Shown: positions 37,717-47,444 of the stretch, one piece after another
Position numbering within the stretch: position 1 is the stretch's first letter
Layout: every line of letters starts with the position of its first letter
Translations under genes and position numbers: made by a program
Notes under the pieces: model-generated
The model's input: only the letters and a program-made list of their open reading frames with translations
Database searches by the model: none
What the model was told of the DNA's origin: nothing
From: a virus
Taxonomy: Duplodnaviria; Heunggongvirae; Uroviricota; Caudoviricetes
IMG/VR virus record: IMGVR_UViG_3300028992_000036
Strand: one strand, 5' to 3'
DNA length: 64,000 nt

Positions 37717-38126
37717 TTGCTCACCTCATAGATGACCGGTCGATGGTGAGAGTCGGCTAAAGCGGCACGGAGTCGAGGATCGTGCACCAGCGCAGCGATA
37801 AGCAGATCGCCTTTATGCTCCGCTAATGTGCGCTTAATATGCTTCTCATAACTGGTGCCATTCGGTACGAGATGAAGCCAGTCATAATCAACGCCAAAAT
37901 CTTTCAGCCATCGTTTAGTTGGCGCTTCAAGAGTTTCAGAGCGGCTACTGATAAGCACCACTTCAGCCCCTGAGCGAGCAAAACCACGCAACATACGGCT
38001 GGTGGGGAAAATGAGTTCATCACCGGCAATGAATTGGCCTGCATCCGAGTCAGATACAGATTTACGATGGCTGGTATTTGCCAGCACACCTTCAATTTCG
38101 CATAAGACATACATACCTCTTGCCAT
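37713..38126 (-). CDS. hypothetical protein, possible HAD-like nucleotidase (start curated to MARGMYVLC)
   Basis: Weak HAD motif I-like CEIEGVL; operon context between thymidylate synthase and DHFR. Confidence 0.3.
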   Translation of the reverse strand: MARGMYVLCEIEGVLANTSHRKSVSDSDAGQFIAGDELIFPTSRMLRGFARSGAEVVLISSRSETLEAPTKRWLKDFGVDYDWLHLVPNGTSYEKHIKRTLAEHKGDLLIAALVHDPRLRAALADSHHRPVIYEVSK

Positions 38127-38127
38127 A

Positions 38128-39231
38128 TCACACCGCCACTGGAACCTTGATCCACGGTAGAGGGGCATAGCCAAGAATAAGAATCTCGTCCCATTTGAAA
38201 TCATCCAGCTCAGACCATTCATTAGGGAATATAACGACCGGATCTGAATGCTCTGGAGCCTGTCGTTGCATTAGCTCACACACACCTTCCATGTGGTTGT
38301 TGTACAAATGCACGTCAAAGCCAAAATGCACAAATGCACCGGCCATGTGACCCGTAATCTTCGCGAGAAAATGAGTGAGAATGCCATAGCCAGCAATATT
38401 GAATGGCATACCAACAAAAGTGTCTACGCTACGCTGTACGAGGCAGGAGTTGAGGATGCGTTTGGGGATTCCAAGTTCATCCAGTTCAGTTTCAGTAACA
38501 CTGCCGTCCATCTCCAGATCGTATAGCATCTTGGTGTAGATAGACTCATAACCGAGGCGACTGTGTTGAAGACCAATGTCAGTTGCCATCGTTAAACGGG
38601 TTTCAAAATCCAGTTCACGACTCCACAAAGAGAAGACAAAGTGGCAAGGTGGCAGTTTCATATCCTCAAGCTCGCCTACGTTCCATGCGTTAAGCATGAT
38701 GCGACGATCGGTAGGGTTCGTGCGCAGTGTATCGACAATACGCTGTAGCTGATCGATTTCACGGGACAGCACTACGCGATCTTCACTGATACCCAGGTAT
38801 CCCTCGACTTTGTACCCGCGTTCACGGAAAGTAGCGATCTTGCTCAGATATTCACTATGGCTCACGATGCGGGTATCTTCCCATCGACGCCACTGCTTAC
38901 CGTAAACCGGCCCCAAATCGCCATTCTCATCGGCCCATGCATCCCAAATCTTAACGCCGTTATCCTTGAGAAATTGGATGTTGCCCGTGCCTTTCAGATA
39001 CCACTCAAGTTCGACAAGCAGTGGCTTAAGATTTACCGCCTTTCCAGAAATAAGCGGCACAGTCCCACCAGTAAGCATGTAGTAAGAGGGAACGTAGCAG
39101 GTGCTTAAAGTACCAGTGCCTGTGCGATCATCAGCCTGCACGCCGCTTTTAAGCACCGTCTCAATAACTTTTGCATACGATGCGTTTGTTACCTGACCGT
39201 TCGTATGCTCACGATTCAAAAGGAGTGACAC
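38128..39231 (-). CDS. thyA: thymidylate synthase (ThyA-type) with about 70-aa internal insertion; GTG start curated
   Basis: DRTGTGTLS, ENGDLGPVYGKQWRRW, catalytic LPPCH, DTFVGMPFNIA and C-terminal GYAPLPWIKVPVAV motifs; GAGGT Shine-Dalgarno 6 nt before GTG. Confidence 0.85.
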   Translation of the reverse strand: MSLLLNREHTNGQVTNASYAKVIETVLKSGVQADDRTGTGTLSTCYVPSYYMLTGGTVPLISGKAVNLKPLLVELEWYLKGTGNIQFLKDNGVKIWDAWADENGDLGPVYGKQWRRWEDTRIVSHSEYLSKIATFRERGYKVEGYLGISEDRVVLSREIDQLQRIVDTLRTNPTDRRIMLNAWNVGELEDMKLPPCHFVFSLWSRELDFETRLTMATDIGLQHSRLGYESIYTKMLYDLEMDGSVTETELDELGIPKRILNSCLVQRSVDTFVGMPFNIAGYGILTHFLAKITGHMAGAFVHFGFDVHLYNNHMEGVCELMQRQAPEHSDPVVIFPNEWSELDDFKWDEILILGYAPLPWIKVPVAV

Positions 39232-39302
39232 AAAAACCTCACAAAGATAAGTGACCACTTATTCATTAAGTGAGTTTACATTTATTGAGGGAACAAGGCC
39301 AG

Positions 39303-39333
39303 ATAGATAAAAAAATGGTGGCCATAGGCCACC
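39303..39333 (-). terminator. bidirectional hairpin TGGTGGCCATAGGCCACCA flanked by A7/T7
   Basis: Perfect GC-rich stem with flanking homopolymer runs, downstream of the 39403 gene. Confidence 0.5.
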
Positions 39334-39402
39334 AAAAACGAATAGTTGTTTCAGAAATTTAACGCGCCAGCGCAATATACACAGATAGATAACTACCTAC
39401 AA

Positions 39403-40272
39403 TTATTTTTTGATCATTCCGTACATTGCTGAGGCTTTAGCTTGCTCAACAAAGGAGGATAAATCGACATCACTATAGGTTGGAGACTTCAGAATCTTTC
39501 CATCGGAAATTCGAAAACCGATCATCTTATCGGTGCCATCAGCATGGCGAAATCCCAGGTCAGAAGAGTCGTATTTGCAGTTGGCCACAGCATGGCGACG
39601 CTCTTCGGCATCTGCAGGCCATAATTTTGTCATGTTGGACCGATGAATTTCGCCAACCAGCTCGACGACATTGATACCGAGAAAATCAGCCAGTCGATAA
39701 GTCATCATGCACGCCACATAGATTTTGTTCATTACACGGCGCAGTTCCTGAATCAGCTCAGAATCCTTAACAGTCTTCTTCTCAAGTTTATCTGCCAGCT
39801 CTTCGAGCATACATGACGCCTCACGAGCTTCCTGAAATGGCATTGCCATATCATCGAAAACAGTGTTACCAGGCACAAAAATTGTCTGCATAAAGCGATC
39901 AATGCTCTGTTCCTGCGTGTAATAAGTCATGCCGGTAGAAATACCACCTTTGATGGCGACCATCGTACCAACACCAACGTATAAAAAGTCGGCCATTGCA
40001 TCCAGCAGTTGCTCAATATCCCCATTCATTGCGGCTGGAATACCTTCCACTACAGCTTCTTCATGAATCAGGCTTGCACGGAGACGAAGCAGCTCTGGTG
40101 TCGGCATAACGCGTCTCGGATGCTGGAAGAGTTCATGAAACTGATCGACCATCTTGTAAATACTTTCAGTGGCTACACCATGGCCTTCATGCAATTCATA
40201 TGGTTCTGGCTTAAATCCAATGAGTCGATCGGTGGCAAGTTTCAGGTGGTCAGTCAGTTTGGTAAAGTTCAT
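39403..40272 (-). CDS. hypothetical protein, possible MazG-like all-alpha NTP pyrophosphohydrolase
   Basis: EEAVVE (E-E-x-x-E) and DAMADFLYV motifs reminiscent of MazG/dimeric dUTPase family; nucleotide-metabolism operon context. Confidence 0.4.
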   Translation of the reverse strand: MNFTKLTDHLKLATDRLIGFKPEPYELHEGHGVATESIYKMVDQFHELFQHPRRVMPTPELLRLRASLIHEEAVVEGIPAAMNGDIEQLLDAMADFLYVGVGTMVAIKGGISTGMTYYTQEQSIDRFMQTIFVPGNTVFDDMAMPFQEAREASCMLEELADKLEKKTVKDSELIQELRRVMNKIYVACMMTYRLADFLGINVVELVGEIHRSNMTKLWPADAEERRHAVANCKYDSSDLGFRHADGTDKMIGFRISDGKILKSPTYSDVDLSSFVEQAKASAMYGMIKK

Positions 40273-40349
40273 GCTAGTTTTGTTCCTTCTTAATTCTTGT
40301 GATCCATTGTGGCCCAGCGTTGCCAGGCCACATAATGCTTTGTATCGGT

Positions 40350-41492
40350 TTACAGGTCTGCAAACTGGCTTAGAGAAGCCTTATCCACGGTAGAATCGAT
40401 CTGACCTACCAGATATGTGCTTTGCTCTGCCTCTTGTGGTGCAATTTGCAGTGTGTCGGTTAACAACCACTTGTTCATCCAGACCAGCGGGTCAGTGGTA
40501 ACTTCTGGAAATAAAGCCTTCAGGCCAAGACGATTCATAGCCAGATTGGTGCGGTATTTTACATAGGTTTTGAGAATATCCGCGTTTAAACCAATCATCG
40601 AACCGTCTTTGAAGAGATAGTCTGCCCAGTTCATTTCTTGTTCGGCGACTGATTTCATGGTGTCGTAAATGACGTTTTCTTCATCAGCAGCAATCTCTTT
40701 CCACAATAAACCTTCGCGACCGGTACGCATGAAGCGGATCATGCGTTCAGTTCCTTCGCAATGCAGAGCTTCATCACGGGCAATAAAGCGCATAATTTTG
40801 GTGTTACCCTCAAGCAACTTCCGTTCACCAAAGGCAAACGTACATGCAAAACTTACGTAGAAACGGATCGCCTCAAGCGCATTAATGGACACCAACGTGC
40901 GGAAAAGCTGACGATGCAAAGGGTATGGCTCCCAGCCATATTCATTTACGTACAGACGCTCAAATTCCTTCTCACCTAACGACTGGCGCTCGCAGGTCAT
41001 CCCATAAAGCCTGTCATATTCAGCAGAGATACTGATCGCTCGGTTGATGATTTCTTCATCCGTAACAATACCGTCAAAAACAATGCTCGGATCGTCCACC
41101 ATGCCACGAATAATGTGGGTGTAGCTGCGGCTATGGATAGTCTCAGAGAAAGACCACGTTTCAACCCACGTTTCCAGTTCAGGAATAGAGATAAGCGGCA
41201 GCAGCGTTGCATTTGGGCTACGTCCCTGAACTGAATCGAGTAACGTTTGATAACGGAGATTGCTCAGAAAAATGTGACGTTCGTGGTCCCGCAGCTTCGT
41301 GTTGAAGTCGATACGATCGCTCGAAATATCAACTTCTTCCGGCCGCCAGAAGAAAGACAATTGACGTTCAATCAACTTTTCAAAATCACGGTATTTTTGC
41401 TGATCGTAACGTGCCACGTTGACAGATTGTCCGAGGAACATAGGCTCTTTGGTTGCATCATTAGCACCCAAACGGAACGTTGAATATGACAT
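40350..41492 (-). CDS. nrdB: ribonucleotide reductase class Ia beta subunit (start curated to MSYSTFRL)
   Basis: Collinear with E. coli NrdB as recalled ([20 protein letters not shown]..., di-iron ligands, radical-tyrosine region). Confidence 0.95.
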   Translation of the reverse strand: MSYSTFRLGANDATKEPMFLGQSVNVARYDQQKYRDFEKLIERQLSFFWRPEEVDISSDRIDFNTKLRDHERHIFLSNLRYQTLLDSVQGRSPNATLLPLISIPELETWVETWSFSETIHSRSYTHIIRGMVDDPSIVFDGIVTDEEIINRAISISAEYDRLYGMTCERQSLGEKEFERLYVNEYGWEPYPLHRQLFRTLVSINALEAIRFYVSFACTFAFGERKLLEGNTKIMRFIARDEALHCEGTERMIRFMRTGREGLLWKEIAADEENVIYDTMKSVAEQEMNWADYLFKDGSMIGLNADILKTYVKYRTNLAMNRLGLKALFPEVTTDPLVWMNKWLLTDTLQIAPQEAEQSTYLVGQIDSTVDKASLSQFADL

Positions 41493-41597
41493 GTGTTTTT
41501 CCTTTTTCTTTTTTATGTGTTTAAACAAGTTGTTATCTTATTTGTTTAAACAAGGCTTACAAATCAAAGAGAAGGTGGGGATACACCCCACCATATG

Positions 41598-43913
41598 TCA
41601 GATTTTGCAGGCTCCGTCGCACTCATCTTCTGGCTCGACGGCTACAGCTTGCGTCAGTGGATTCTGCGGTTCGTCGTCATCACGCTTTCCTGCCCCATCT
41701 CTGGTGTTGTGGTAGTAAAGCGTTTTAACTCCCATCTTGTAGGCGAGAAGCACATCTGACAGTAGCGTCATCATTGGGACTTTATCGCCTTCAAAGCGAG
41801 AAGGGTCATAGTTGGTATTGGCTGAAATAGCCTGGTCAAAGAACTTCTGGATGATCGCCACCTTTGTCAGATAGCCGCGGTTGTCCGGCATATCCCACAG
41901 GTATTCATACTGTTCCTTCAGTTTTTCAAACTCAGGCACGACCATCTTGACGATGCCGTCCTTAGAAGATTTCACTGACACCGGGCCACGAGGCGGTTCG
42001 ATGCCGTTGGTGGAATTAGTGATCTGGCTGGAAGTCTCGCATGGCATTTGTGCCGTCAGTGTGGAGTTGCGAAGGCCGTATTTTGCAATACGTTCACGCA
42101 GTTCTTCCCACGGCATCTTTAACTCAAAGTTGGTTTCGCCACTTTCGTCTAATGAAGAACGGTAATGGTCGATCGGCAACTGACCAATTGCGTACTTGGT
42201 CTGCTCAAACCAGTCACACTCACCTTTTGCTTCAGCAAGTCGGCAGCTGGCATCAAGAAGGTAATACTGGATAGCTTCGAACGTTTCATGCACCAGTTTA
42301 TTGCCAGCGGTATCAGAATAACGAACGCCATTTTTTGCCAGGTAATAAGCAAAGTTGGTTACACCAATTCCCAAGCTACGACGAGCTTTGGCAGGCACTT
42401 CGGCTGCCTCCATCGGATAGTCTTGATAATCCAGTAACGAATCCAGTGCAGCAACGGCATAGAACGCCACCTCTTTAAGAGACTCCAGTGAACGGATGGC
42501 TCCGAGGTTAAAAGCGGATAAAGTGCATAGCGCGATCTCACCGTTCGGGTCGTCGGTAAATGCCAGTGGACGGGTGGGTAGGGTGATCTCCATACACAGG
42601 TTTGACTGGCGGACAGGTGCAAGAGCAGGAATGAAAGCGCCATGCTCATTAATATGATCGACGTTCGCAATATAAATTCGGCCCGTGGACGCTCGTTCCT
42701 GCATCAGAGATGAGAACAGCTCAATGGCAGGTACTGACTTCTTGCGAATTGAATCATCGGCTTCGTATTTATGGTACAGCTTTTCAAACAGATCCTGGTC
42801 TGTGAAGAAGGCTTCGTACATATCAGGCACATCATGCGGGCTGAACAGAGTGATGTTCTCGCTTCTGACGAGTCGACGGTACATCAGACGGTTACTCATG
42901 ACACCGTAATCAAGATGGCGAACGCGGTTTTCATCGATACCACGGTTATTTTTCACCACCAGCAGACTTTCAACTTCAAGATGCCAAATCGGGTAAAACG
43001 CTGTTGCTGCGCCACCACGGACACCACCTTGCGAGCAAGATTTAACAGCAGTCTGGAAATGCTTCAGGAATGGAATAACTCCGGTATGGGTGGCTTCACC
43101 ATTGCGGATCTCGCTGCCCAGCGCACGGATACGGCCAAAACCAATACCAATTCCAGCACGACGTGAAACGTAGTCGATAATTGCGGCTGAAGCTGCACTA
43201 ATCCCTTTCAGACTATCGCCAGACTCAATCAGCACACAACTGGAGAACTGACGGGTTGGAGTACGGACGCCGGCCATGATTGGTGTGGGCAGAGACAGTT
43301 TGAACGTACTTGTAACGTCATAGAAACCTTTGACCATCTCCATACGTGTTTTGCCAGCGCAGTCGTCTTCCCAATTCTGGAACAGACACATGCCCACCAG
43401 CATATAGATATGTTGCGGCCCCTCATGAATCTCACCAGTAACACGGTTTTGAACGAGGTATTTGCTTTGCAATTGCACCGTAGCCGCATAGCCAAAAAGA
43501 TCGTCACGTTTAGGCTTAATGTAATTGCCGAGTTCTTCGATCTCTTCAAATGAATAATGTGTCAGCAAATCCTTGTCATAAACGCCCTTGCTAACGTTCT
43601 TGATAATGTGTTGGTAGAAGTTCGGATAGTCGTAACGACCGAAGGCATCTTTGCGGATTTTAAAAATGTTCAGGCGGGCAGCCACCTGCGAGTAATTTGG
43701 TGCATCTGGTGAGATCAAATCAGCGGCAGATTTAACCAAAGCCTCATGCAACTGGCTGGTGGTAATCCCATCAAAAATGCTGGCCGCAGCTCCCATTGCT
43801 ACAGCGGATGCGCTTACACCACGAATGCCTTCTACGCCATACATTACGACGCGGTTGTATTTTTCTTCGGATAACGGCTCTGTTTGGCCGTTACGTTTTA
43901 CGATGCTTATCAT
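41598..43913 (-). CDS. nrdA: ribonucleotide reductase class Ia alpha subunit
   Basis: 771 aa, collinear with E. coli NrdA as recalled (ATP-cone, PTRQFSSCVLIE, NLCMEI, C-terminal CxxC tail). Confidence 0.95.
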   Translation of the reverse strand: MISIVKRNGQTEPLSEEKYNRVVMYGVEGIRGVSASAVAMGAAASIFDGITTSQLHEALVKSAADLISPDAPNYSQVAARLNIFKIRKDAFGRYDYPNFYQHIIKNVSKGVYDKDLLTHYSFEEIEELGNYIKPKRDDLFGYAATVQLQSKYLVQNRVTGEIHEGPQHIYMLVGMCLFQNWEDDCAGKTRMEMVKGFYDVTSTFKLSLPTPIMAGVRTPTRQFSSCVLIESGDSLKGISAASAAIIDYVSRRAGIGIGFGRIRALGSEIRNGEATHTGVIPFLKHFQTAVKSCSQGGVRGGAATAFYPIWHLEVESLLVVKNNRGIDENRVRHLDYGVMSNRLMYRRLVRSENITLFSPHDVPDMYEAFFTDQDLFEKLYHKYEADDSIRKKSVPAIELFSSLMQERASTGRIYIANVDHINEHGAFIPALAPVRQSNLCMEITLPTRPLAFTDDPNGEIALCTLSAFNLGAIRSLESLKEVAFYAVAALDSLLDYQDYPMEAAEVPAKARRSLGIGVTNFAYYLAKNGVRYSDTAGNKLVHETFEAIQYYLLDASCRLAEAKGECDWFEQTKYAIGQLPIDHYRSSLDESGETNFELKMPWEELRERIAKYGLRNSTLTAQMPCETSSQITNSTNGIEPPRGPVSVKSSKDGIVKMVVPEFEKLKEQYEYLWDMPDNRGYLTKVAIIQKFFDQAISANTNYDPSRFEGDKVPMMTLLSDVLLAYKMGVKTLYYHNTRDGAGKRDDDEPQNPLTQAVAVEPEDECDGACKI

Positions 43914-43986
43914 GTATCACCAAATAAAGAGGGCCACTATATTTAGTGGCCCATGTTAATAGATAAGCACTTACCTATCAATGAGA

Positions 43987-44556
43987 TCAAATGAGAGACT
44001 TGAGAACATCGCGCACCTGGCGAAACTGATCTGTTTGCATACCGGTATGGATGGCAGCCACCGCATCAGCCAAATGTTCGTTTTTGTTCACGAGAACATC
44101 CTGTCCAGATTGCTTACGACGCAGCCACGGTGCTTTAGGGTGTTTTTTCGTAGCCCACTGGATAATCTCTTCTTTCGATGTAGTAAGTTTATTGCCAACA
44201 AAATGCTTGATTTCGTTTGGAGTGACCTGGATCAATGGCTTATCCACACACGCAAGTACACCGATACAAATACCGTAAGACGTCTGCGAACGAGAGTTTT
44301 GGCTCCCAACCGGTAGTTCACAAAAAACCATATTCGCCTTATCAATGATTGGCTTCGCAACACGCCATATTTCACTGGCACGGCGCAGATCGTCACTGTT
44401 CACACGAACGGTCTTTTTGTTACTCCCCGCTTTAGTCTCAACAAGAGTAAGGCCGTGAATCTCAAGTTCGTCCGTTTCAAGGTCTAAAGTGCCCACAGCA
44501 AGCCCAAAGTTGCTCATAGAGGGATCAACACCAACTACGCTGATTTTTTTACTCAT
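43987..44556 (-). CDS. RuvC-like Holliday junction resolvase (putative)
   Basis: N-terminal VVGVDPSMSNFGLAV and C-terminal EHLADAVAAIHTG resemble RuvC catalytic acidic motifs. Confidence 0.55.
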   Translation of the reverse strand: MSKKISVVGVDPSMSNFGLAVGTLDLETDELEIHGLTLVETKAGSNKKTVRVNSDDLRRASEIWRVAKPIIDKANMVFCELPVGSQNSRSQTSYGICIGVLACVDKPLIQVTPNEIKHFVGNKLTTSKEEIIQWATKKHPKAPWLRRKQSGQDVLVNKNEHLADAVAAIHTGMQTDQFRQVRDVLKSLI

Positions 44557-44565
44557 ATAGTCTCC

Positions 44566-45309
44566 TTACCATGTTCCCCATAGAGGGTTTTCCAATAATC
44601 TCGCCTCCAACGAATTGGCTACTATTGCCGTTTGCAACGTTGGTTGGGGATAGTTTGCAAAGTCTGAATACTCATTTTCCTGCGTGACACGTTTATCTAC
44701 GGCATGTTTAACGCCACTTGCTATGAAATGACGCATGATGCCCAACAGCCTCCGACTGTCTGCACTATCGTTTGCTAAAACATGAGGGAGCTGAAGTTCG
44801 ATTTCTACCATTTCTCCATACTTACCAACAAACTGTAGTTTGTCCGCACTGTACTTTTTATCCCTCCTTTGGATAAGGAAACCAGTAAAAGCATCACCTG
44901 GCGATGCCAAACTATCCACCCGCTTATTGGCAAGTCGAATAAGGTTCGTGAAAGCCATACAGTGATGCGCACCCATTCCCCCAAAGAACCCTTCGCTATT
45001 AATGTTAAGATCTTCAGTTTCATGGGATGCAATAAACCCAGGCCCGACGTTGGGAAGATATCCCCCCTCAACAAAAGGATTAATCAGGATCGGCGCAATA
45101 CATCCAGGTGGTAGTGATTTCAAACTTTGCATCAATGGTGTCTCGGATATTAGACCAAGCAACGCGGCGAATTGTACTCCGTCAATATTGTTGCTGCCCC
45201 ATAGAATACGTGGAGCCGCACCATTGGAAGTATGCCCATTGATCAGTTTTATCGACTGCATCACTGCAAATACCTGCAAAAACTGCGAGCGGCTTAATTT
45301 AAACGACAT
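44566..45309 (-). CDS. hypothetical protein
   Basis: 247-aa ORF between the SbcC-like and RuvC-like genes. Confidence 0.4.
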   Translation of the reverse strand: MSFKLSRSQFLQVFAVMQSIKLINGHTSNGAAPRILWGSNNIDGVQFAALLGLISETPLMQSLKSLPPGCIAPILINPFVEGGYLPNVGPGFIASHETEDLNINSEGFFGGMGAHHCMAFTNLIRLANKRVDSLASPGDAFTGFLIQRRDKKYSADKLQFVGKYGEMVEIELQLPHVLANDSADSRRLLGIMRHFIASGVKHAVDKRVTQENEYSDFANYPQPTLQTAIVANSLEARLLENPLWGTW

Positions 45310-47215
45310 AGCTGCGCCCCTCTTTAACTTCCAGCGTAATAGTTTCCCGGAACCATGACTTCATCTCTTTATGGGAGATAATCAGCACAGTACCTCGCTC
45401 GCGAGCTTTGGACTCCAGAATACCCATGAGGCGTTCAAGACCGGCTGTATCGAGTGCATCGTCAATTTCGTCGCCGATAAACAAATCGATGTTTTTACTC
45501 GCCCGGTTACTAACCAGATCCTGCAATGCCAAAGAACACGCAATGCGAACCTTCCGCTTCTCACCACCAGAGAGGGTTTGGAACGACTTACTTGAACCTT
45601 TCTTCTGCACACTAATGTTGAATTTGTCGCGATACTCACCTTTTTTAGTGACATCCATCGTCGACCACTCAGCAGTAATATTCCCGTCAGACAACGTATT
45701 GAGATACTCGGCAGTGCGTGTATTCAGGAAAGGCGTAACAGACGTCAAAATATGAGAACGCACCCCGGCAGGAGAGTAGACCTGACGAGCTTTTTCCAAT
45801 AGCAACGTTTGTTCCTGAATAGCCTTCAACTCATCTTTTAAGGACTTGAAGGTAGACTTACTGGATACCAGGTTATCTTCGTGTCTGGCGATAAGAGCAA
45901 TAAACGGATTAATCTCTTTTGATATACGATCGACCTCAGTACGAGCACGAGTCACAAGAGACTCAATAGCAACAACCTCCTTCTCACGATGACGCAAAGA
46001 TGAGAGTTGTTTCGTAAGCTCTTCAATCCGGGCAATGATAGCCGTTACATCAGGTGTCGTTTTAACAAGGGCAGACTCAATGCTTAACGCTTTCTCAAGA
46101 TTCGTTTTGTGTTTAGCCATTGCCTCTGCAAGTGTCTTCGCCTGACCAATTTCCTGACGTGCTTGTTCAATGAAATTCTCCTTCACCGTTGATAGATCTT
46201 CTTCGCAGTAGGCTTTGCCACAAGTAGGGCATGGTGATCCCACTTTAGTACCAACCTCTTCTGCTTTGGTCTTAAAATTACGCGCGCGGCTCATTGCATC
46301 AGCCTGACTATTTTCTGTAGCTTTGATGCTTGCCCGAATATCAGTTATCGCACCACGAACTTTGAGCAACTTGGCGTCATGTTCTTCTTTTGAGGCTAAC
46401 TTTTTGCGCTCACTTTCGATTGCCTTCTCGGTATCACGGATCTGTTCGGGAAGAGTGCGGATCTCAAGTTCAACTTCCGTTAACTCAACTTCGGCACTGG
46501 CCAGCCCAGCCAGGGCATCGTCATAACGTTTAGAACGCTCTTGCTCCCATGATTCAGAGGAGGCTTTCGCTGACTCAATTTCTGACTGTGTTGCCTCAAT
46601 GGTCGAGATTGTCGACTCCAATTTGGTTTTAACCACATCCATACGTGCGGCAGCTGCATTAGCTCGCTCACGAGCAATAGCGTAGGCGCGTGTCAGTCTG
46701 TCAACGCCAGCGGCTTCTTCTACGATGGTTTTGAGGTTTTTGTCGGACATTCCAGGTAAATCTGGCATAGCTTCTTGGCTCGCATAGATGGAAGCCATGA
46801 AAACCTCTTTAGATGCACCGATCAGACGCTCGACGAACTCTTGCGTCAGCGCATCTTTGCCTTTCGTCATATCGCCGTCTTCACCACGAACGATAAGCCG
46901 ATTTTTGAACTCTTTGTGTTTACGGTGACGAATGATCGCATATCTCTTGCCTTCATCCTCGATGGTTACTGCAACACGACAGTTCTTTTCATGGTCGGTA
47001 GACAACACATCGTCCCCCTTCACACCATGAGCTGTTTCGCCATAAAGACACCACATCAGGCTATTCATTAGCGTTGACTTTCCAGAGCCATTACTTGATG
47101 CGGAACTATCATCACTATTAACACCCTGAATGAGCACTAAACCACGCTGATCTAACTCGACCTCCGCGCTGGCGATAGCCATAAAATTCTCAACCTGGAG
47201 CTTTAAAAACTTCAT
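45299..47215 (-). CDS. SbcC/Rad50-like ATPase
   Basis: Walker A GSGKST, long coiled coil with CPTCG zinc hook, signature LSGGEKRK, Walker B LFIGDEIDDALD. Confidence 0.8.
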   Translation of the reverse strand: MKFLKLQVENFMAIASAEVELDQRGLVLIQGVNSDDSSASSNGSGKSTLMNSLMWCLYGETAHGVKGDDVLSTDHEKNCRVAVTIEDEGKRYAIIRHRKHKEFKNRLIVRGEDGDMTKGKDALTQEFVERLIGASKEVFMASIYASQEAMPDLPGMSDKNLKTIVEEAAGVDRLTRAYAIARERANAAAARMDVVKTKLESTISTIEATQSEIESAKASSESWEQERSKRYDDALAGLASAEVELTEVELEIRTLPEQIRDTEKAIESERKKLASKEEHDAKLLKVRGAITDIRASIKATENSQADAMSRARNFKTKAEEVGTKVGSPCPTCGKAYCEEDLSTVKENFIEQARQEIGQAKTLAEAMAKHKTNLEKALSIESALVKTTPDVTAIIARIEELTKQLSSLRHREKEVVAIESLVTRARTEVDRISKEINPFIALIARHEDNLVSSKSTFKSLKDELKAIQEQTLLLEKARQVYSPAGVRSHILTSVTPFLNTRTAEYLNTLSDGNITAEWSTMDVTKKGEYRDKFNISVQKKGSSKSFQTLSGGEKRKVRIACSLALQDLVSNRASKNIDLFIGDEIDDALDTAGLERLMGILESKARERGTVLIISHKEMKSWFRETITLEVKEGRSYVV

Positions 47216-47444
47216 ATAACACCTTTGATACCGTGTGTTAGCTTTTGACCTTCTTTCAATCTGAACTCCGTATGCGCCGGGAAGGATCTGCGCCTCAATA
47301 CGCCTTTTCTGGTTAACCTTCCAAGATAAAACGCTACGGGATTTCCTTGTGGCGGGTAGGGCTTGTGAAACATCACCGTCTGGCCTCGTTCAAGTCTTTT
47401 CATCGTGATGGCAAAGTCTCGAAAGCTCCCATAACGACTTTGCC

